A stretch of 22,229 nt of DNA from Eledone cirrhosa (lineage: Eukaryota): assembly GCA_964016885.1 (NCBI GenBank), contig CAXHJY010000022.1:1-22229 (forward strand). Reading direction: 5' to 3'. This document shows positions 15,525-22,229 of the stretch, in pieces. Position 1 is the first letter of the stretch; each line of letters starts with the position of its first letter. Below the pieces are notes generated by a model, which worked only from the letters and a program-made list of their open reading frames with translations, was not told the origin of the DNA and did not search any database. Both the position numbers and the translations under genes were made by a program.

Positions 15525-16450
15525 TTTTTTTGACGGGCCACCTTCCTAGTGGCAAGGTTGTAAAAGAAAAGAAATTGTCATCTCTTGAATCGCAAGAATG
15601 TTTTGCAAATTTTGAAGGTGCCAGCTATCAGCTATTTGCAGACTAGGGATTAGGGAGCTGCGCTCTTTGTCCGCAAACCAAGTTCAGTCATACTTTGGTC
15701 CAAGCGGGTTGGTATATAACCCTTAGTTCCAATAATGATGGGTATGAAGCTAAAGGTGTATCTTGGATACTGGATTTGTAAACTCCTCATCAATGGTCCG
15801 TAGATGTCCTCCTTCTCCTATATTTTTCTGACAACGTTTACAACAAGTGGGCAGCTGATCTCCACAACAGAACAAGTTTTCAATGTGTGGTCCCAAACAA
15901 CAATATCAGGCCGGTTGTGCTTTAATTTGGTGGCAGTTTTTATTTTCAGGTTCCACCAGTATTCCTTAGTGCCATCTGTCTCAATATATTCTTCCTCGTT
16001 TGTTGTTAATTTTGTTTTCCGAAGTGCGTTCCAGATGGTTCTAGCTATCCCATCGTGTCTCATGGGGAGGTAGTAGCGAGATGACATTCTTTCGCAGCTG
16101 GCAACAATGTGGCGTACATCCTCGATCTTTGTTTTACAATTTATTGTCAGCTGATGGCCCTCCCCTTTTGTGCAGCAGATATTTGGTAGGGAGTTCTTGT
16201 TCCTGTATTGCATAGAGATATCCCTCAAGGTGTGATGTCATAAACTTGTCGGAACTCCATGCCAGGCTTTTTGAGTAGTTTATCCCCTCTATGGTCTGTG
16301 TTTTACGTCTCAAGTATCCATGCACAACTTTTTCTGTAAATTGGTCAATTTTCTCATCTTGTTTGAACATTGAATAGGATCTTCCGATTTCTCTGGGTGA
16401 GAAATTTATATCAGGCTTTATTCCATACCTCTCCTCCAGATCAGTGGCTA
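15525..16450 (-). mobile_element. R4/Dong-like (restriction-like endonuclease) non-LTR retrotransposon, 5'-truncated 3' end
   Basis: HGYL..SHLEGYLYAIQEQELPTKY, broken CCHC knuckle (CKTKIEDVRHIVASC), RHD, NRPDIVVWD..VVEISCP..EKEDIYGPL..IPIIIGTKG..GTFKICKTFLRFKR* (stop 15580-15578), short 3' UTR, A7 at 15531-15525. Frameshifts and one internal stop. Confidence 0.88.
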
Positions 16451-16490
16451 TTCTAATGTATGCATGTATGTGTGAATGTATGTATATATG

Positions 16491-16491
<1 letters not shown>

Positions 16492-16573
<82 letters not shown>

Positions 16574-16612
16574 ATGTTTCACCCCTCGTTATTGAGTATG
16601 GCCATTGCACAC

Positions 16613-16643
<31 letters not shown>

Positions 16644-16692
16644 TTTTTTTTTCGTGCAATGGCCATACTCAATAACGAAGGGTTAGCCATCA

Positions 16693-16718
<26 letters not shown>
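16492..16718. repeat. Palindrome (CA)n-unique arm-A run-(TA)n-T run-unique arm-(TG)n
   Basis: TCGTTATTGAGTATGGCCATTGCAC (16586-16610) is inverted at 16654-16678; the outer ATGATG/CATCAT and the CA/TG tracts also pair. Confidence 0.9.
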
Positions 16719-16723
<5 letters not shown>

Positions 16724-16754
16724 ATGCATGTTATTCTCGGTGAAGGCCATATTG

Positions 16755-16824
<70 letters not shown>

Positions 16825-17058
16825 AGAATATGCTCCGAAATCATTTGACGTGTCCGTCGAACCTGCGGGTCCAGAATCAGACAGATACACACAATGATCG
16901 CGTCTCGAGCTGTCCGCCGGCGAATTGTAACACACAATATATTGAGTTCAGATACATCACTGATTTTTCGTTTTCTATTCTATCATACTCTGCTCTGTAA
17001 GAGCATAGAGTGCTCAACCGGCACACCCCCTATGGAAGCATTTTAGCTACCATCGGAG

Positions 17059-17644
<586 letters not shown>

Positions 17645-17970
17645 TCTATACTATAAAGGTGACGGCCCTATGTAGGTAACAAACATTCCGCCGAACAGCA
17701 CCAAATTTGCACCATAGATGTAACTTTTTCCAAGTAAAAAAGTGAGGATATTTTTGTCTACTGGATTTTGTTAAAAGATCAAAGACATTATTTAAATATT
17801 CACTTCTTTAAAATTTCAAATGTCAACACTTCCGGTTATACGTCATTCCTCACTTTTTCTTATGACCTCGCACAACATTCCCCTCTTTTTCTTAGTCTGT
17901 CTTTTTAGATAGATACATAACTATAACGTAGCGCCCTTATAATATGTCTGATTGTCTGTATTAGATAACA

Positions 17971-18068
17971 TTTTTCGAAATGCGTTCACAGAGTGCTTTT
18001 TTTAGTTTCAGAAGATCCTGTTAAGGATGAAAGCAGCGATTCTTTGCTTAAACTTTAATGTTATTTTA
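17971..18068 (+). repeat. Unclassified dispersed repeat copy
   Basis: Matches 14509-14623 and the reverse complement of 13724-13834. Confidence 0.82.
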
Positions 18069-18153
18069 ATATATATATTCGTGTACAGATATTTTTGCAT
18101 ATACGAAAACAAAAAACTATTTATTTCACGAAAGCACAGACGGCTTATCATCA

Positions 18154-18560
18154 TTGTTACTGTTCGAGGCTAGAGGACCACAGACTTTCCAAGATCTGAG
18201 AACCATCAATGGCCATCAATGTTCCACATACCGTTTGGCTTGCCAGATGCGTGATATGTTACACGATGACAGCCATTGGTACCTCACTCTGTAAGAAGCA
18301 GAAACTGCTAAAGTCCCTTCTCAGCTGCGAAAATGTTTTGCTATTATGCTGCACAAATGCGACCTCGCCGACTCTCTCGCAATGTGGAACAACCCCCGCG
18401 AAAGTCTAGCTGAGGACATCCTCCACCGCACACGCAGACACAATCCGAACGTAACATACAATGTCCTTTTCAATGAGGCGCTCATTTGTCTTGAAAACAG
18501 TGTCCTGAAGATTGGTGGTAGGCATCTAAGGCACTACAGCTTACCTGCTCCTGACAGAAG
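18154..18560 (+). pseudogene. Helitron Rep/helicase fragment (region between the Rep and Pif1-like helicase domains)
   Basis: LLLFEARGPQTFQDLRTINGHQCSTYRLACQMRDMLHDDSHWYLTL*EA..PSQLRKCFAIML..C..MW..LAEDILHR..LFNEALICLE..GGRHLRHYSLPAP matches the Helitron signature GPTSFEDLRTVNG..TFREAC..LL.DD..W...L.EA..QLR.LFA; one in-frame stop. Confidence 0.88.
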
Positions 18561-18626
18561 TGTCCAGAGTTCAACGTCTACATCAGTGATTCTGCCATGG
18601 TCAATTTTATGTAGGATGCTCTAGGG

Positions 18627-18943
18627 CAGGGGTTCTCAACCTGGTCCATGTGGACCACTAGTGGTCCACAGAAAATTTTCAATAGCAAATTCTCTTTTGA
18701 TCCATGCATTTGACTTAAAGCGCTGATCTTATTCTTAGCATAAGTACGACTTCACCTGTTTAATTGCGTAGATTTTTAGGCACTGCGACATGATAATGTC
18801 ATTTTCTAATTCATTGAAAAAAAACATCTACTGATGCTTATAAGTAGCAGTTCTATTACAAAAGATTTAAAAGTTTAGGTGGTCCACAGGAAAAAATTAC
18901 TTATTTTGGTGGTCCACAGCGAAAAAAAGGTTGAGAACCCCTG
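18627..18943. mobile_element. hAT-superfamily (Charlie/Buster-like) MITE, 317 bp
   Basis: 16-bp perfect TIRs CAGGGGTTCTCAACCT (18627-18642 and 18928-18943), perfect 8-bp TSD CTCTAGGG (18619-18626, 18944-18951), subterminal GTGGTCCAC repeats. Confidence 0.95.
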
Positions 18944-19352
18944 CTCTAGGGTGAGCTCGCCAAACAATCTCTTCATCCTTGCTCCGGAGAGCCGAACAAA
19001 AAATATTGTATACTCTGAGGCTCTAACAATGTAATTTAAATATTTTCTGTTACTTGGAATTCCCATTATGGTTGTACAAATTATTGTTTGTTAAAAAATT
19101 TGTTCTCTTTTCAGCTTTTATTATTGTTACACTGGCATAATTGCTGGCCTTGTGCCAAAAGTAGAAACAATTATTGTAACTATCAATATTCTTAAACGTA
19201 CTAGCTGCTGATCTGGGGATTCCTAAAAACTATTCAAACCCAACACCAGAGCTGGCTTGAGAGGGCGTGCGGTATCTTTGCACAAGAGTACAGATCCTGA
19301 AAAGATAAAATGCCGGTATACCTAGACTGACGCCAGCCGGACGGGCCAGATA

Positions 19353-20076
<724 letters not shown>

Positions 20077-21558
20077 CTACGAAGGTGGCACGCCGCCCAG
20101 GCCTTGCTCTTCCTCTCAACCACATCATCTTCCGTATTGTCTCCCTCATCTTGGCAATCCACTTGGTGTAGCTTCGCTGGATTGCCTCAAGCTCCGTGGT
20201 TAGTTTGACACTATGGGGTGACAACAACTGGGAGCAGTAGTCCATCGGCTTAGGACAAACGTCCTCCACAGTGTCAACATGGTGTCTCGATCTCTTGTCC
20301 GGAAAGTCCTCAAGATCCAGCCAGCGAGTCGTCTGCACATTGTCGCCACTTTCATGATGTGTGAAGAAAAAGATGCATCATCGCTCATGTCTATGCCCAG
20401 GTCTCGTATCGATTTTGACACGGGGATATCGGTCTCTCCTGGTCCTGTGTAGCTGTGTTCCACTATATTTTTGTTTGAAGGTTTGTATTGTAGGGCTTGG
20501 AATTTGCCAGCATTAAACTGCATCTTGATTTCTTCCGCCCATCTGTATATGGCATCCAGATCCTGCTGTAAAAGGGCAGCGTCAGCCGGGTTTTTGATTG
20601 CTTGTGCTACCTTAGTGTCATCAGCATAGCTAGTGAGGGATGTTGTTGCATGCACCACAGAGGGCATGTCCGAGAGAGCCACAAAAAACAGTAGTGGTCC
20701 CAGCACTGTCCCCTGGGGCACCCCACTTGTTATCGGTGTTTCCCTCGAGAGGGCCCTATTTGCTGCGACTGCCTGGCTTCTGTCCCTTAGGAAGCCATGC
20801 AGCCACTCACCTACTTTTCCAGTTATGCCGAGTCCGTGTAGTTTGTGACATATCATTCCGTGGTCGACCTTGTCAAAGGCCTTCGCAAAGTCAAGATATA
20901 TCACGTCTACATGTGAGTTGTCTAGTAGTTGTCTCAGTACCCAGTCGTAGTGATGTAGCAGCTGTGTAAGGCAGCTTCTTCCTGGGCGGAAGCCATGTTG
21001 CGTGTTAGTCAGGCGGTCATTTTCTTCGAGGAAAGTGATTAGTTTCTTTCTGACGACTCGCTCCATGACCTTACTGATATGCGACGTCAGGGAGACTGGC
21101 CTATAGTTCTTGGCCTCCGCTCTACTACCTCCTTTATGGATAGGGCATATTGTGCCTTCTTTCAGCTCCCATGGTAGTACACCGCTAGCCAAGGAGCTTC
21201 TGAAGAGCATCTTCAGTGGAGTTGCTAAGGCCCGCTTACATATTTTTAAGAGAACTGCTGGGAATCCATCAGGTCCAGCAGCCGAGTCTGTTCTAATTTC
21301 ATCAATGGCGTACACCACATCCTCCTCCGTTATGTCTATGTGGTTGATGGTTGCCATTTCTTGATGTAGTGTTGTGGTATCGAAGAACTCCTCTGGCTTT
21401 GTTATTTGCATGTGCCTCAGTGGACATGTGAACACACTTTTGTACTGTTCGTTCAGTATTTCACATATCTCTTGGGGATTTTCGGTTAATGAACCGTCCG
21501 TGTGGAAGAGTGGCCCAATCTTGCAGTGTACTGAGGCAGTTTCTTTTGCAAATTTAAA
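20077..21558 (-). mobile_element. Non-LTR retrotransposon (CR1/L2 group) reverse transcriptase fragment, 5'-truncated
   Basis: ORF 20200..21435 with [60 protein letters not shown]. The frame extends upstream to about 21558 ([23 protein letters not shown]). Frameshift near 20245 into [19 protein letters not shown]. No APE domain in the window. Confidence 0.93.
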
Positions 21559-21628
21559 TATGTATATATATATGTATGTATGTATATATATATGTATATG
21601 AATATATATATATATGTATGTATGTATG

Positions 21629-21682
<54 letters not shown>

Positions 21683-21757
21683 TATATATATATGTATATG
21701 TATATGTATATATATATATGTACGTATGTGTATATATATATATATATATATGCATAT

Positions 21758-21791
<34 letters not shown>

Positions 21792-21804
21792 GTATGTGTA
21801 AATG

Positions 21805-21835
<31 letters not shown>

Positions 21836-22018
21836 ATCTATGTATATATATGTATATGTATGTATATATATATGTATATGTATGTATATATATATATGTA
21901 TATGTATGTATATATATATGTATATGTATGTATATATATATGTATATGTATGTATATATATATATGTATATGTATATGTATGTATATTTATGTATATGTA
22001 TATGTATGTATATATATG

Positions 22019-22052
<34 letters not shown>

Positions 22053-22056
22053 TATA
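21558..22056. repeat. Mixed (TA)n/(TATG)n/(TATATG)n tract
   Basis: Direct inspection. Confidence 0.95.
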
Positions 22057-22229
22057 TTAGAATTGGAGCTCTGAAATAGCAATATATATATGGATGTATA
22101 TATAATGTATTTTGCAATACATTTTATGCTTAATTAAAAGCATTTTGAAGACCGTAAGCTATTGTCTTAAAGTAGTGACAAATTCACTCACTTTGATCTC
22201 AGCAAACAGGGGAGATAAGCCGACAAGTC

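Noticed and set aside
16988-17022. CTGTAAGAGCATAGAGTGCTCAACCGG hairpin
   Set aside because: Too many core changes to call a ribozyme.
17668-17681. 14-bp match CTATGTAGGTAACA to 5259-5272
   Set aside because: No extension on either side; may be chance.
19095-19210. Polypyrimidine-CAG splice acceptor and short open frame
   Set aside because: No convincing donor or recognisable protein; a host exon cannot be supported.
20633-21601. + strand ORFs opposite the RT (likewise those opposite the R4 and PLE fragments)
   Set aside because: Antisense shadows of retroelement coding sequence.

Overview
AT-rich, microsatellite-dominated animal (invertebrate-type) genomic DNA with no recognisable host gene. 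Roughly half the window is (TA)n/(CA)n/(TG)n, and almost all long ORFs in the track (IYIY.., HTHT.., CVCV..) are translations of those repeats. The islands between the tracts are a nest of transposon pieces: two Penelope-like element (PLE) GIY-YIG endonuclease 3' ends (one missed by the ORF track), an R4/Dong-type restriction-like-endonuclease retrotransposon 3' end, two RTE-type LINE remnants (one with a twin-priming-style 5' inversion), a CR1/L2-group reverse transcriptase fragment, a Helitron Rep/helicase fragment and a hAT MITE with TIRs and an 8-bp TSD. The hidden signal is RNA-level. At least six minimal type I hammerhead ribozyme motifs and several decayed ones lie in the first 12 kb on both strands. 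They have palindromic helix III, U3-A8 core covariation in two cases, a nearby AATAAA in most, and are often embedded in inverted repeats. Several have an (AU)n helix III, suggesting a testable link between ribozyme cleavage and insertion into (TA)n tracts. All structures were folded by eye; nothing was computed or searched.
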